Shown: positions 1 through 8,960, counted from the stretch's first letter. The stretch: DNA of 24,743 bases from a virus (IMGVR_UViG_3300017988_000211:1-24743); one strand, 5' to 3'. Made by a program: numbers and translations. Notes: generated by a model not told the origin, from the letters alone.

Positions 1-65
1 GCGGCGGAGGCCATAGAGGCCAGCCCCAGAAGCGCCGACAGGAGGAACAGGGTGACTCTCTTCAT
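1..65 (-). CDS. 5' end of a signal-peptide-bearing protein (runs off the window start)
   Basis: Hand translation from ATG at 65 gives MKRVTLFLLSALLGLASMASA: basic N-region, hydrophobic core, A-x-A. An SD-like AGGTG lies upstream (GGTAGGTGAAAGCC-ATG). Confidence 0.7.
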   Translation of the reverse strand, partial: MKRVTLFLLSALLGLASMASA

Positions 66-92
66 GGCTTTCACCTACCCTTCCAATAGCCG

Positions 93-121
93 TTGAGTTT
101 TTGGAACTTCCAAGCTATAAC
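93..121 (+). promoter_or_regulatory. Putative sigma70 promoter for the 62-aa ORF, with a palindromic operator in the spacer
   Basis: TTGAGT (93-98), 17-nt spacer, TATAAC (116-121), ATG at 127. The inverted repeat TTGGAA-C-TTCCAA lies at 101-113. Confidence 0.55.
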
Positions 122-126
122 GGCGT

Positions 127-315
127 ATGGCTTGGAAGCGTTTGAAACTCGTTGCGTTGGTGCTGGTCCTCGCCGCCCTGGCGACCTTCAATCCGGCCAT
201 GAAGTCAAGCCTTCAGAAGGCGACGATCTTTGTCTGGACCCTTTTTGTATTCTACTCGATCCATCTTTTGAAACAAGTACTTCAATGGGTCGAGTCCCGC
301 CTATCTAGCCACTAA
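127..315 (+). CDS. Small membrane protein (two hydrophobic segments); superinfection-exclusion-like by position
   Basis: 62 aa with hydrophobic stretches LVALVLVLAALATF and TIFVWTLFVFYSIHLL. Locally AT-richer, has its own promoter-like signal, and converges on the last ejection gene with a 15-nt overlap. Confidence 0.6.
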   Translation: MAWKRLKLVALVLVLAALATFNPAMKSSLQKATIFVWTLFVFYSIHLLKQVLQWVESRLSSH

Positions 316-2565
316 AGCCCTGATCAAAGCCGGGAGCGGAGTCGTCACACCGTGGCCCATGCTCCGCGCCATCTCTGCGGCCTTGGGCAGAGCCACGTTC
401 GCGGCATTGGCCCCTGCTGTCGCCGCTCTTGTCATCATGGACGGCTTTGCTGGGGAGATGTCCGCTGGCTCGAAGGCGGCCCGAGCTGTTGCAAGATCCT
501 GCGCGGCGGCTCTGCCGCGAGCGATTGCCTCTCCCGCCGCCCCTAGCCCGACCCCAGCGATTCCACCGATAGGGCCACCCATCAGCGTCCCCAGGATCGC
601 GCTCGTCCCGATGGCTCCCCCATGCGTGGCCGCAGCCTTCGCCCCGGATTTGATCGCCTCCACCGCTCCCGTCTGGCTCCCGTTTCTCGCTTGGGTTCCC
701 AGCACCTTAAGGGGAGCCTCTGACCTGGCCGCGCGCTCAAGCGCTTGGTCCATTTCTGAAATGGTCTCCGGCGAGTAGACCGCCTGCTTCCACTCCGGAG
801 ACATCTTGGCCCATGCGCGTCCTATCGTCGCGATAGGGTTGGGAGACTTCTCCCCGAGGTCAGACAGCCAGTCCTTGCCCATTTGCTCGACCAGGGCCGG
901 GTCCTGCCCGTTGCTTTGGAGGAAGTCCTTGTAGGCCGTGACCTTATTCGCCCCGGCATTGGCGAAGTGCTTTTGAAAGACCTCCTCTGGGCTGGTCATC
1001 TTCTGGGAGTACATCTCCTCCCCTGTCAGCCGCGTTGTCGGTGCCGACAGCTTGCCCTCGAACTGCTTGACGAGATCCGCGCTCTTCGCCCAATTGGCCC
1101 GCTGCTGCGCCCAGGCGTCATAGGCGGGAGCCCCGGCCACGCCCATCGCTGCGTCGCGCTTCTTGATGATGTCCCCGGCCAGGTCCACGGCCTTCCCCTG
1201 AACGTCGCGGAGGAAACCGCTCGAGCTGGCGCCACCTTGGCCTGGCTGGAAAAGTTTCTCCGTCTTCGCGAAGCTTGAGGCCAAATCCGCGAGCTGCGTC
1301 GGGCTTGCCGCCTTCTGAGAGGCCAGGTCGCCGAACTTGAGCGCTGCTGCGACATCGTCCTGGTTGTCACCCGCTTTGACATCGTAAGGGGTAAGCCCTC
1401 CGCCACCCGGTGTAAGCGCCTTGATCTTGGCTTGGGTGAGGCTAAGACCGTCGAGCTTCTTTGCCACGTCCGCGTCGACGCTCTGGGAGAACGCCTGCCC
1501 CGCGTGGGTGAACTCGCCGATGTCCGTCATCGCCGGGCCGCGTGGGCTGTCCGCGAGCGCGAGCATGTCCTTGTAGGATTTCGACCTGGCGTTGATTGCG
1601 TTCTGGTGTGCTTTTTGAAGATCTTCCCCGAGCTGCTGCGTGGACTTGTCTCCCACGTCGAGCGGCTTGGACACGTCGGCCTTCTGGGCCGCGTCGAGCT
1701 TGGCACGGTAGGCCTCAGCCTCGGCCGCTGTCGCTGGATTGACCATCGCTGCCTTCAGCGAGGTGTCTCCTGGGTTCATGTGGGCGCTGGTGACAGGGTA
1801 GCCGTGGTCCTGAAGGTCCTTCGCCGCGATCTGAGCCGGGGTGAGCGTCGGCTCCGCTGGCACGGGCACCTTGGGGACGTTGATCGACTCTTCTGCTCCG
1901 ACAGGAGCGTGCTCTCCGAGGGCCGCCTTCCCTGCGAAGTACGCTGGAAGGGCCTCGACCGCCGTGTCAGCCGCCGCCCCGGGCAATTGTTTCGCCAGGT
2001 TCGCAAGCATCGCCAAGTCGATGCCCTGGCCTTTACTTACGAATGGCTTGTCGGCTCCCGTAAGCTGGTCGGCCTTGTTCTCGACCGCATTTCCAACGGC
2101 GTGGGCTCCCTGGGGCACTCCAGCGGCGTTTAGCGCTGCGCTGAGGCCCGCGAACTTAGCGAGTGGAACGATTCCGCCCGAGGCTACAGCCGCAGCGGCA
2201 CCGCCGATGTCCCCGGCGATCTGCCCAGCTCCCTCAGCACCCGAGGCGTAGGCTGGTTTGCCTTCCGCCAGATTGATCCCTGCCTTCAAGCCTGGCGTTC
2301 CCGATACAAGCCCCTCTCCCGCCCTCTTTGCGACCTCTCCCGGAGAGAAAAAGCTTGGATCCTGTGCGCTTTCCTGGTCTGTTCCACGTGGAACACTTGC
2401 TGGAGCAGCCTGGGAGGCGAAGTGCTGGGCCACGTCGTCCAGCTTGTAACCTGCCTTCTGTGCCTCGGCAAAGCGCGGGTCGGTCGACGCGAGATGGGAG
2501 AAGATCTCGTCGTCGTTGTAGCCCTCTTTGCGGGCCTCAGCGAGTGCGTCCGGGCTGAAGTTCAT
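301..2565 (-). CDS. Large DNA ejection / internal virion protein (P22 gp16-like position)
   Basis: 754 aa, Ala/Gly/Gln-rich and helical. Has a duplicated N-terminal motif (ARKEGYNDDEIFSHL / AQKAGYKLDDVAQHF), Gly-rich hydrophobic segments, and an ATGA overlap with the upstream gene. Last of the ejection-like genes. Confidence 0.7.
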   Translation of the reverse strand: MNFSPDALAEARKEGYNDDEIFSHLASTDPRFAEAQKAGYKLDDVAQHFASQAAPASVPRGTDQESAQDPSFFSPGEVAKRAGEGLVSGTPGLKAGINLAEGKPAYASGAEGAGQIAGDIGGAAAAVASGGIVPLAKFAGLSAALNAAGVPQGAHAVGNAVENKADQLTGADKPFVSKGQGIDLAMLANLAKQLPGAAADTAVEALPAYFAGKAALGEHAPVGAEESINVPKVPVPAEPTLTPAQIAAKDLQDHGYPVTSAHMNPGDTSLKAAMVNPATAAEAEAYRAKLDAAQKADVSKPLDVGDKSTQQLGEDLQKAHQNAINARSKSYKDMLALADSPRGPAMTDIGEFTHAGQAFSQSVDADVAKKLDGLSLTQAKIKALTPGGGGLTPYDVKAGDNQDDVAAALKFGDLASQKAASPTQLADLASSFAKTEKLFQPGQGGASSSGFLRDVQGKAVDLAGDIIKKRDAAMGVAGAPAYDAWAQQRANWAKSADLVKQFEGKLSAPTTRLTGEEMYSQKMTSPEEVFQKHFANAGANKVTAYKDFLQSNGQDPALVEQMGKDWLSDLGEKSPNPIATIGRAWAKMSPEWKQAVYSPETISEMDQALERAARSEAPLKVLGTQARNGSQTGAVEAIKSGAKAAATHGGAIGTSAILGTLMGGPIGGIAGVGLGAAGEAIARGRAAAQDLATARAAFEPADISPAKPSMMTRAATAGANAANVALPKAAEMARSMGHGVTTPLPALIRALVAR
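2380..2395. promoter_or_regulatory. parS: Chromosomal-type parS site (ParB/Spo0J binding)
   Basis: Perfect 16-bp palindrome TGTTCCACGTGGAACA, matching the bacterial parS consensus TGTT(T/C)CACGTG(A/G)AACA. It encodes VPRGT within the ORF. Confidence 0.8.
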
Positions 2566-3866
2566 TGCTTGGGTGCTTCTCCAAAGATGTCACCGAGGGA
2601 CTTCCTGGCCGCCGCGCCTGCGGCCGCTCCGGTGGATCCAGGGTTAACGGCCGGGGCGAGTCCGTTGGCCTGAGCCGCCGCGCCTGCGTTTGCTGGTGCC
2701 GCTGCTCCGTTCGCTGCGGCAGCTCCAGCGGCTCCCGGCGTGAGGTTGATCGAGGCCTGCGGTGCCGCCTTTCCGGCAGGAGCAGCCGGAGCAGTCGAAG
2801 CTGTGTTGACGCTGGCGGCCGTGGCCTCTCCCGGATTCAACGCCGTCAGGCCGTGGTACTTCGCCATGACCTGATCCATCGCCGGGGTTCCCTGCGCCTG
2901 CGAGATTTCGTCAAGCATATTCGCCATGGGCTGGGTCAGTTTTCCCTGCGCCTGGAGTCGGTCCTTCGCATCGCGGTAGATCTGGGCGAACTTCTGGTCC
3001 GCTACAGGATCCGGAGTGCCCGGCTCGACGACCGAGTTCTTGCGGATCGCCGCGCGGACCGACTCGGCAGCGCGTGGGTTGCCTGTGACGAGCGGGACGA
3101 GCTGATCGGTCAGCAGTTCGTTGCGCTGGGCATAATCAGAGACCGCAGGATCCAGACGGCCCATTACCGGACCAGAGACGGTGCCCGGAAGGATCCCGTT
3201 GAGGAAGTTCATTCCTCCAGATCCAAGGTTTGACAATTTATTTTCGTGGTAGGCGCGCGCCGTCTCGTTGAGTTGCTGGGCCATCGAGTAGATCTGACTC
3301 ATCGTCTTCCGCTCGTTCGTGTCGAGGCCGCCAAACATATCAACCGCTCCGGCTGAGGCCCCGGCTCCTGCGCCGCCCGCAGCTCCTCCGACTCCAGCGG
3401 CTCCGCCTCCCTGCCCGGCCAGGGTAATATTCGTGTTGGCACCTGGATGCGTCTTGGCCGCAGCGAGGGCCGCCGCCGCCTTCTCCTGCTCGATCTGGAG
3501 CGCCGTCTTGTTCTTTCCCCCGGCGATATTCTGCGCGGAGCCCAAGGCCTGGAGCTTCTCGATCATCGGAGCGAGGTATGTAGTCGGGACGACCGTGTCT
3601 GGATTCGCTCCAACTGGCAGCTTGTACCCTGCCGCCGCAGCGAGCTCGCCGATAGTCATCGTCGTCTTCTGCCCCGCCATAGCCTGCTCTTCGGCAGCGC
3701 GGGCCTTCAGGAGCTGGTTGAATGGGCTGTTCGGATCGGCCAGCTTCTCCGCCTGCGCCTTTTCGAGGGCAACGCGCTCCTGTTCCTGGCGCATCTGAAA
3801 AAGGTTCCGGAGGGCGCTCGCCGTGCCGCCCAGGAATCCTCCTCCGGTATTTTCTCCATAGTCCAC
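2562..3866 (-). CDS. Ejection/internal virion protein (gp20-like position)
   Basis: 434 aa, GTG start with GGAGG SD. N-terminal GGFLGG plus coiled coil, Ala/Gly linkers; synteny. Confidence 0.6.
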   Translation of the reverse strand: MDYGENTGGGFLGGTASALRNLFQMRQEQERVALEKAQAEKLADPNSPFNQLLKARAAEEQAMAGQKTTMTIGELAAAAGYKLPVGANPDTVVPTTYLAPMIEKLQALGSAQNIAGGKNKTALQIEQEKAAAALAAAKTHPGANTNITLAGQGGGAAGVGGAAGGAGAGASAGAVDMFGGLDTNERKTMSQIYSMAQQLNETARAYHENKLSNLGSGGMNFLNGILPGTVSGPVMGRLDPAVSDYAQRNELLTDQLVPLVTGNPRAAESVRAAIRKNSVVEPGTPDPVADQKFAQIYRDAKDRLQAQGKLTQPMANMLDEISQAQGTPAMDQVMAKYHGLTALNPGEATAASVNTASTAPAAPAGKAAPQASINLTPGAAGAAAANGAAAPANAGAAAQANGLAPAVNPGSTGAAAGAAARKSLGDIFGEAPKQ

Positions 3867-3881
3867 GGTGCCTCCGTCTTC

Positions 3882-4361
3882 CTAGAAGAGTCCGGCGAGC
3901 ATTGCCGCGCCGCCAAGCGTCGTCAGTCCGGACCCGGCGCCGGAGAGGAGCTGCTGCCTGAGCTCCTGGTTCCCGAGGTTGTTCTGCGAGCTCGTCGCAT
4001 ACTGCTGCTGAGCCGCCTGGTTGAGCGAGTTGAGCAGACCCTCCTGCTCCTGGAACTGCTGGCTCTGGAGCCCGGAGAGTCCCTGCGCCTCGCCTTGGGC
4101 CGTCTGGCCCGCGATATTGCCGAGCGCGTTGGTCGATTCACTGCCCCCGGCCACGCCTGCGCGCTGAAGGGCTCCGAGTGCGGCGTTGTCGGCGCGGCCC
4201 TGCCCAGCCCCGGCTGCCGTCTGCACGGCTTGAACCTGCTGCGCCATTCCTGGAGTCGCGACCTGCGATGGATCCGTCAGGATCGTGGGGGTCGCTGGAT
4301 TCTCTGTCGCCGATGGTCCCCACGGCATCCCGGCCCCTGTCGTCAATGAAGATCCGCTCAT
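3882..4361 (-). CDS. Small ejection/pilot protein (gp7-like)
   Basis: 159 aa, Gln/Ala/Gly-rich with a hydrophobic Gly-rich C-terminus; AGGAGG SD. Confidence 0.6.
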   Translation of the reverse strand: MSGSSLTTGAGMPWGPSATENPATPTILTDPSQVATPGMAQQVQAVQTAAGAGQGRADNAALGALQRAGVAGGSESTNALGNIAGQTAQGEAQGLSGLQSQQFQEQEGLLNSLNQAAQQQYATSSQNNLGNQELRQQLLSGAGSGLTTLGGAAMLAGLF

Positions 4362-4370
4362 GACTTCCTC

Positions 4371-4982
4371 CTAGAATCCATTCGCGTTAGCGTTCGCGCC
4401 CGCGCGCTGCTGCATCGCCGCCCTGAGGACATCCTCAAGGCTATTCGCTTGGCTGAATCCAGCCTGGTTCGCCTGCTGCGCCGTACCGAGGCGCGCCTGT
4501 TGCGCCGCCTGTCCTGCCGCAGCCTGCGCCGCCGAGTTGTTATTCATCGCCGCCGAGTTCTGGTTCGATATCTTGTCCAGATTGGCGTTCGTGCGGTTCT
4601 TTGACTGGTCCAGCGCCCCGGCGATAGCGAGCGGAGGAGCCAACGCATCTTCTCCGACTTGGAGGCCGACCTTGCCGATCTGGCTGAGCCCTCCGCCGAT
4701 CTGCTTCCCAGCCTCGGAGAAGTTGCCACCGTTTCCGAATCCTTGAGCGATTGCTCCAAGGGTGCCGTTGGCTGGGTTCCAGCCCATGCCCTTTGTGTTG
4801 TTCGCAAATTGGGAGGCTGCGCCCTCCGCGTTCGCTCCAAGTTCGTGCAGTCCAGCGGTTATGTTATTTCCAAGAGCCTCGCCGCCTTGGTTGATGTTGT
4901 GGTTCAGCGCCCCGATGCCGGACTTGAAGTTGTTTCCGAGCTGCTGGAATCCCTGCCCGAAACTGCTCTTGCCTCCGCCCAT
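4371..4982 (-). CDS. Small ejection/internal virion protein
   Basis: 203 aa starting MGGGK, Gly/Asn/Ala/Gln-rich; GAGGT SD; follows the gp14-like gene. Confidence 0.6.
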   Translation of the reverse strand: MGGGKSSFGQGFQQLGNNFKSGIGALNHNINQGGEALGNNITAGLHELGANAEGAASQFANNTKGMGWNPANGTLGAIAQGFGNGGNFSEAGKQIGGGLSQIGKVGLQVGEDALAPPLAIAGALDQSKNRTNANLDKISNQNSAAMNNNSAAQAAAGQAAQQARLGTAQQANQAGFSQANSLEDVLRAAMQQRAGANANANGF

Positions 4983-4985
4983 GAC

Positions 4986-5342
4986 TCACCTCGTCCTGAG
5001 TGATACCGCGTATTCAAATCCGTCGCCGACCTTCTCTTTGGTAACGGGCTTTGAGTAGCGCTCTATGGCCTCGCGAAAGGGGTGGTCCTCCCTCATCGTG
5101 AAGCCGATCCATTCAAACCCGTTAGCTCTTCCCCACCGTTTAATCGACCAGAGCATCGGGAGACCTTTGCCCAGTAATCCCGAAAGCCAGATCGCTTTCT
5201 TTTCACCCCAGAGGCAGAGACTTGCGAAGTTTTCGCCATCCCCGATGAAGACATCCGCCTCCATGAATCCTTTTGTCTGCTCGGGTGGAAGCCTTTTCGA
5301 GACCGCTGCCTCGAAATCTTCCCTGCTCATTAGATTATACAT
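4986..5342 (-). CDS. P22 gp14 / T7 gp13-like (GNAT-fold-like) virion assembly protein
   Basis: 118 aa with the segment GLPMLWSIKRWGRANGFEWIGF. Sits between tail and ejection genes, as in podoviruses. Confidence 0.5.
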   Translation of the reverse strand: MYNLMSREDFEAAVSKRLPPEQTKGFMEADVFIGDGENFASLCLWGEKKAIWLSGLLGKGLPMLWSIKRWGRANGFEWIGFTMREDHPFREAIERYSKPVTKEKVGDGFEYAVSLRTR

Positions 5343-5357
5343 GACCGAGCCCCCCTG

Positions 5358-5873
5358 TCACGTCAGCGGGATCTCCGCGACGGAGTATTCCGAGGTCTCC
5401 GAGCTTCCGTTCACGACCATCGACCCGGTCCCTACCGCGAGAAACTGGACGGTATGGGTTCCTACGGACAGGACCGCCGTATGGTCAAACGAGAGGCATC
5501 CCCGGATGTACCCGGTGCTTGCGTAGATCGACCTCTGGGCCACCATGACCCCGTCAAGGACTAGCTGAAGCCCTACCGACTGGCCTCCCCCTGTGTTTGT
5601 ATAGACCGACCAGTTTGCCGAGATCCGAACAAGTCCACCGTTGGCCTGGAAGCTGAAAGACATTGTAGGATCTAGCAGCGTCGGGGTCGCCGAAACATTG
5701 TGGGTGACTGTTCCGCTCAAAACGACAGTCGGAATCGTTGCGTAGACCGCCGAGTCGGTTGCATTAGCGTTGACCGCCTGCTGAAGCTGTTGGAGCGCGG
5801 CCTGGTTCGCAAGGATCTGCTGGTCCGGGTCCTGAAAGAGAGTCGGAGGAGCGAGGGAGACGGTCTGGCTCAT
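5358..5873 (-). CDS. Tail needle/short-fibre-like protein (gp26-like position)
   Basis: 171 aa with an N-terminal heptad coil (ILANQAALQQLQQAVNAN) followed by a beta-rich knob; ATGA overlap with the nozzle gene. Confidence 0.5.
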   Translation of the reverse strand: MSQTVSLAPPTLFQDPDQQILANQAALQQLQQAVNANATDSAVYATIPTVVLSGTVTHNVSATPTLLDPTMSFSFQANGGLVRISANWSVYTNTGGGQSVGLQLVLDGVMVAQRSIYASTGYIRGCLSFDHTAVLSVGTHTVQFLAVGTGSMVVNGSSETSEYSVAEIPLT

Positions 5874-8170
5874 AACTGCGGCCCCTGATTCTCATAGTCA
5901 ATCCGCAAAACACGGACTTGGACGGGCGTGTTGAGCTGATTGTTTTGTAGCACGATCTTGAAGTAGTGGGCGCGCAGGTTGATCGCGACCCACTGGCCCT
6001 GGGCAAACTGATTCTTGGTCATGTCCACGGGGAAGACATTGGCGACGTCGAAGTTGAAATCCTCATAGACCAGGATATTAAGTGTCCCTTGGTTCTGCTG
6101 GACTCCCGAGACCCAGATCCACTTGATGAACTTCCACGCGGCCGAGTCTCCCAGATTGAGCCAGGGGGTCGAGTAGTACATATTGATCGGCGGGTTCTCG
6201 TCCGTCCCGATAACGTCCAAAGTCCAGACTTGTCCAGCATAGTCTCCCCCGTAGAGCTGCGGCGGCGAGACGCTAGGGTCCTGAAAGAGAGCCGACTCCT
6301 TGATGCCCCCAGTGTGGTACAGGAAGTTTCTCCGGCTCCAGTCATAGACGAGAACCACGTCGCCAAGGACCGCGTCGGCCATCTGGAAATAGATCTGTTT
6401 TTTGGCCTGGAGAGAGAAGGCTTGGGACAGCCCAAGGGCCGATATATTCCACCCGTCCGACTCAAGGAACTGGTAGCGGATCTGGTCATTCTCCGGCAAA
6501 AGCTGGGCCGTGAGTCCGTTGATCGCGCAAAGTCCGCTTGAGCTCATGAAGTAGAGATAAACATCCCCGGCAGCGATTGAGCGCGGAGAGACTGCCCCGT
6601 AGTTGCTCTGAAGCTGCTGGACTTGGAACGGGGAAACCGAGGTGTTTCCGGTGAACGTGCAGACGTAGACCGAGTTGGTTTTGAAAATGTAAAGATTCCC
6701 CTGCCAGACGAAGAGTCCTGTGATGACCTGACCATCGTTTCCGTTGGGAACCTGGATGAAAGCCCCGTCAAGTCCTCCTTGGGTACCGAAAACTTGGGGG
6801 GCACCATAGGCTGAGATCCAGATTGCGCTCGGGTTCCACATGTCCCCGGCCAGGACGAGGAAGTCCTGCCATGCAACCGAGAACTGGTAGAAGGGAGCAT
6901 CGACCTGGCTGGTGAAATAGCCCGGAGCGTCAACCCCGGTATCCGCGACGAGGGTGATAGCGCTTGAAACGGTCGGAGTGGTGTAGATCGTGAACCCAGT
7001 CGCCGAGTTCGGCATTGGGTTAAAGCCAAGGCTGGTATTGGTCGGCATCCCTTGGTTGTCGGGGATGCGGTAAAAGGTTTGGCTGAGTCCCCCGTTCGGA
7101 TCTGAGGCCGAGAGCTGTGGGTTGAACGGCGCGGTCATGTACCAAGTCGTCGCGAGATTGTTGATGTCGGTCCCAAAGAGCGTCCCATCACCATAGGACA
7201 TCTGAAGGTTTGAGAGCACGATGGAACCAGTTGAACCCACCGGGACATCAACCGAGAACTCGGAGGACCGCTGCCCACCGCTTGCAAGCGAAGTGACGGC
7301 CAGGAGGCGGATGCAGGTCACGCTTCCCGAAGTCGTGATCGTTCCGCTGCCTCCTGTCGCCACCGCAACCGTTCCTCCGTTCCAACAGACGCCGGAATAG
7401 TCGGAGCCTGGGTATTTGAGCGGGGTCCCGAGGGAGATTGCTAGGACGCAGTACCCGGCCGAGCCTTGCGGGGCTACCACCTGGAAGCTAGAAATTGTGT
7501 TCGGCTCCATGTAGCCGTAGCTGGTATTGAAAACCCAGATCTGCTTTCCGATGTAGAGCCCGGACGCTGGCTGGCCTGGAGCCATAGTCAGGAGCGTTCC
7601 CGAGACGTTGGCAATGTTCGCTGCGGAATAGTTCCCTTCTGTCCTTAACAGATATGGAGGGGACATCCTAGGCGCATGATAGCCAAAGTTTTGAGAGGCT
7701 CCGTCCCACCAGCGCGGAGAGACTGGGACCCCGTTGAGGTTGTAAACCGGGGACATGAAGAGCAGGTTCTTGATCGTTGAAAAATAGGAAAACAGCGCTG
7801 CCGTCCAAACGACGCTCAGATTCTCCGTCCAGATCGAGCCAAGGGTCCAGTAGACCGCAGAATTGCAGAGAGCGACCAGGATCTTGCTCAAGGACCCGAA
7901 GGCATTGGCAAAGACGTATCGGTAGAGCCCAAGAACAGGAGCATTGGAAAGTGGATTTCCTACCGGGGACTTTCCGTTCCTTTTCTCAAGGTATCCGCGC
8001 CAGAAGTCGACATCATGGACATCGGGGGAATAGAAGGGAGCACCCGCCGATGCGCCAAACTGAGCCCCAGGAGCCAAGTTTGCACCGACAAGCTGCTCGT
8101 CGGGATGGGTTGGGTCCCATCCGCGCGAGAAGTCCGTGACCGTCAGAGAGCCTGGAACCGGAGCTGGCAT
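5870..8170 (-). CDS. Tail nozzle / head-stabilisation protein (P22 gp10 / T7 gp12-like beta-propeller)
   Basis: 766 aa, beta-rich with propeller-like motifs (ITGLFVWQGNLYIFKTNSVY, GAVSPRSIA, LYFMSSSG, STPWLNLGD); TGATG coupling with the adaptor gene. Confidence 0.75.
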   Translation of the reverse strand: MPAPVPGSLTVTDFSRGWDPTHPDEQLVGANLAPGAQFGASAGAPFYSPDVHDVDFWRGYLEKRNGKSPVGNPLSNAPVLGLYRYVFANAFGSLSKILVALCNSAVYWTLGSIWTENLSVVWTAALFSYFSTIKNLLFMSPVYNLNGVPVSPRWWDGASQNFGYHAPRMSPPYLLRTEGNYSAANIANVSGTLLTMAPGQPASGLYIGKQIWVFNTSYGYMEPNTISSFQVVAPQGSAGYCVLAISLGTPLKYPGSDYSGVCWNGGTVAVATGGSGTITTSGSVTCIRLLAVTSLASGGQRSSEFSVDVPVGSTGSIVLSNLQMSYGDGTLFGTDINNLATTWYMTAPFNPQLSASDPNGGLSQTFYRIPDNQGMPTNTSLGFNPMPNSATGFTIYTTPTVSSAITLVADTGVDAPGYFTSQVDAPFYQFSVAWQDFLVLAGDMWNPSAIWISAYGAPQVFGTQGGLDGAFIQVPNGNDGQVITGLFVWQGNLYIFKTNSVYVCTFTGNTSVSPFQVQQLQSNYGAVSPRSIAAGDVYLYFMSSSGLCAINGLTAQLLPENDQIRYQFLESDGWNISALGLSQAFSLQAKKQIYFQMADAVLGDVVLVYDWSRRNFLYHTGGIKESALFQDPSVSPPQLYGGDYAGQVWTLDVIGTDENPPINMYYSTPWLNLGDSAAWKFIKWIWVSGVQQNQGTLNILVYEDFNFDVANVFPVDMTKNQFAQGQWVAINLRAHYFKIVLQNNQLNTPVQVRVLRIDYENQGPQL

Positions 8171-8952
8171 CAGCCGCCGTAAGAGAAGAGGACTCGGTTG
8201 ATATCAAGGGACGCCGTGAACGAACGCTCCTCACGGATGTTGCGCCAATAGGCCAAGGCCTCGGCGAACTTGGCGTTCTTGACCCACATCTCGTCGTATC
8301 GGCGAGCGGCAAAGGTCGACGATCCCGCCGCGTCGTCGTAGGCCTCCCACTTTGGATCGCCCAGGAAGAGGTAGGCCTTCTTGATCGCCCTGTTAATGAT
8401 CAGGTCCTGAAATTCAGGCGGGCAGATCAGGATGTCTCCCGCGTTGACGAGGTTCGTCGCCCGCTTCATGTAGGGGACGTGGACCGAGTATGATCCCGTC
8501 GCTGCCGGGGCATCCGCCGCAGGGAAAAGGTAGATTTGGACGTGGTTCGTGGCGTCGTAGGGTGCCTCGATATAGGCCCAGGGCTTCGCGTTGGCGTAGT
8601 TCGTGTACTGGCCTGGATAGTTGGTGATCCACTGGCTATATTCCGTGGCCCAGAGCCGCTGTTGGTAGAACGGGATCGTCACGTCGATGATCTCGTCGCA
8701 GTCGTCCGGCATGGCGTATGGAGTCTGCTGGCCCGCGACCGTGTTGAAATTAAAGGTATCGACGAAACGCCAGCGCCAGTCTCGCTCCCCGACGACCTCG
8801 TTGTAGGCGTCATTGATGAAGCCCGTGATCTGGGTGAGGCCAGGCGTCTGCACCCCATCCTGCGCCGTCAGCGGATAGGAAATCTTGAACAACAGAGAGG
8901 AGATCTGCTGCTGGATCTGGAGAAGGGTTTTCTGGTTCTGAAGGTTTGCCAC
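8170..8952 (-). CDS. Head-tail adaptor (T7 gp11 / P22 gp4-like)
   Basis: Start reassigned to GTG at 8952 (AGGA SD, just after the upstream stop), giving 260 aa. Motifs FINDAYNEVVGERDWRW and PPEFQDLIINRA; synteny. Confidence 0.7.
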   Translation of the reverse strand: MANLQNQKTLLQIQQQISSLLFKISYPLTAQDGVQTPGLTQITGFINDAYNEVVGERDWRWRFVDTFNFNTVAGQQTPYAMPDDCDEIIDVTIPFYQQRLWATEYSQWITNYPGQYTNYANAKPWAYIEAPYDATNHVQIYLFPAADAPAATGSYSVHVPYMKRATNLVNAGDILICPPEFQDLIINRAIKKAYLFLGDPKWEAYDDAAGSSTFAARRYDEMWVKNAKFAEALAYWRNIREERSFTASLDINRVLFSYGG

Positions 8953-8960
8953 GGGTTCCT

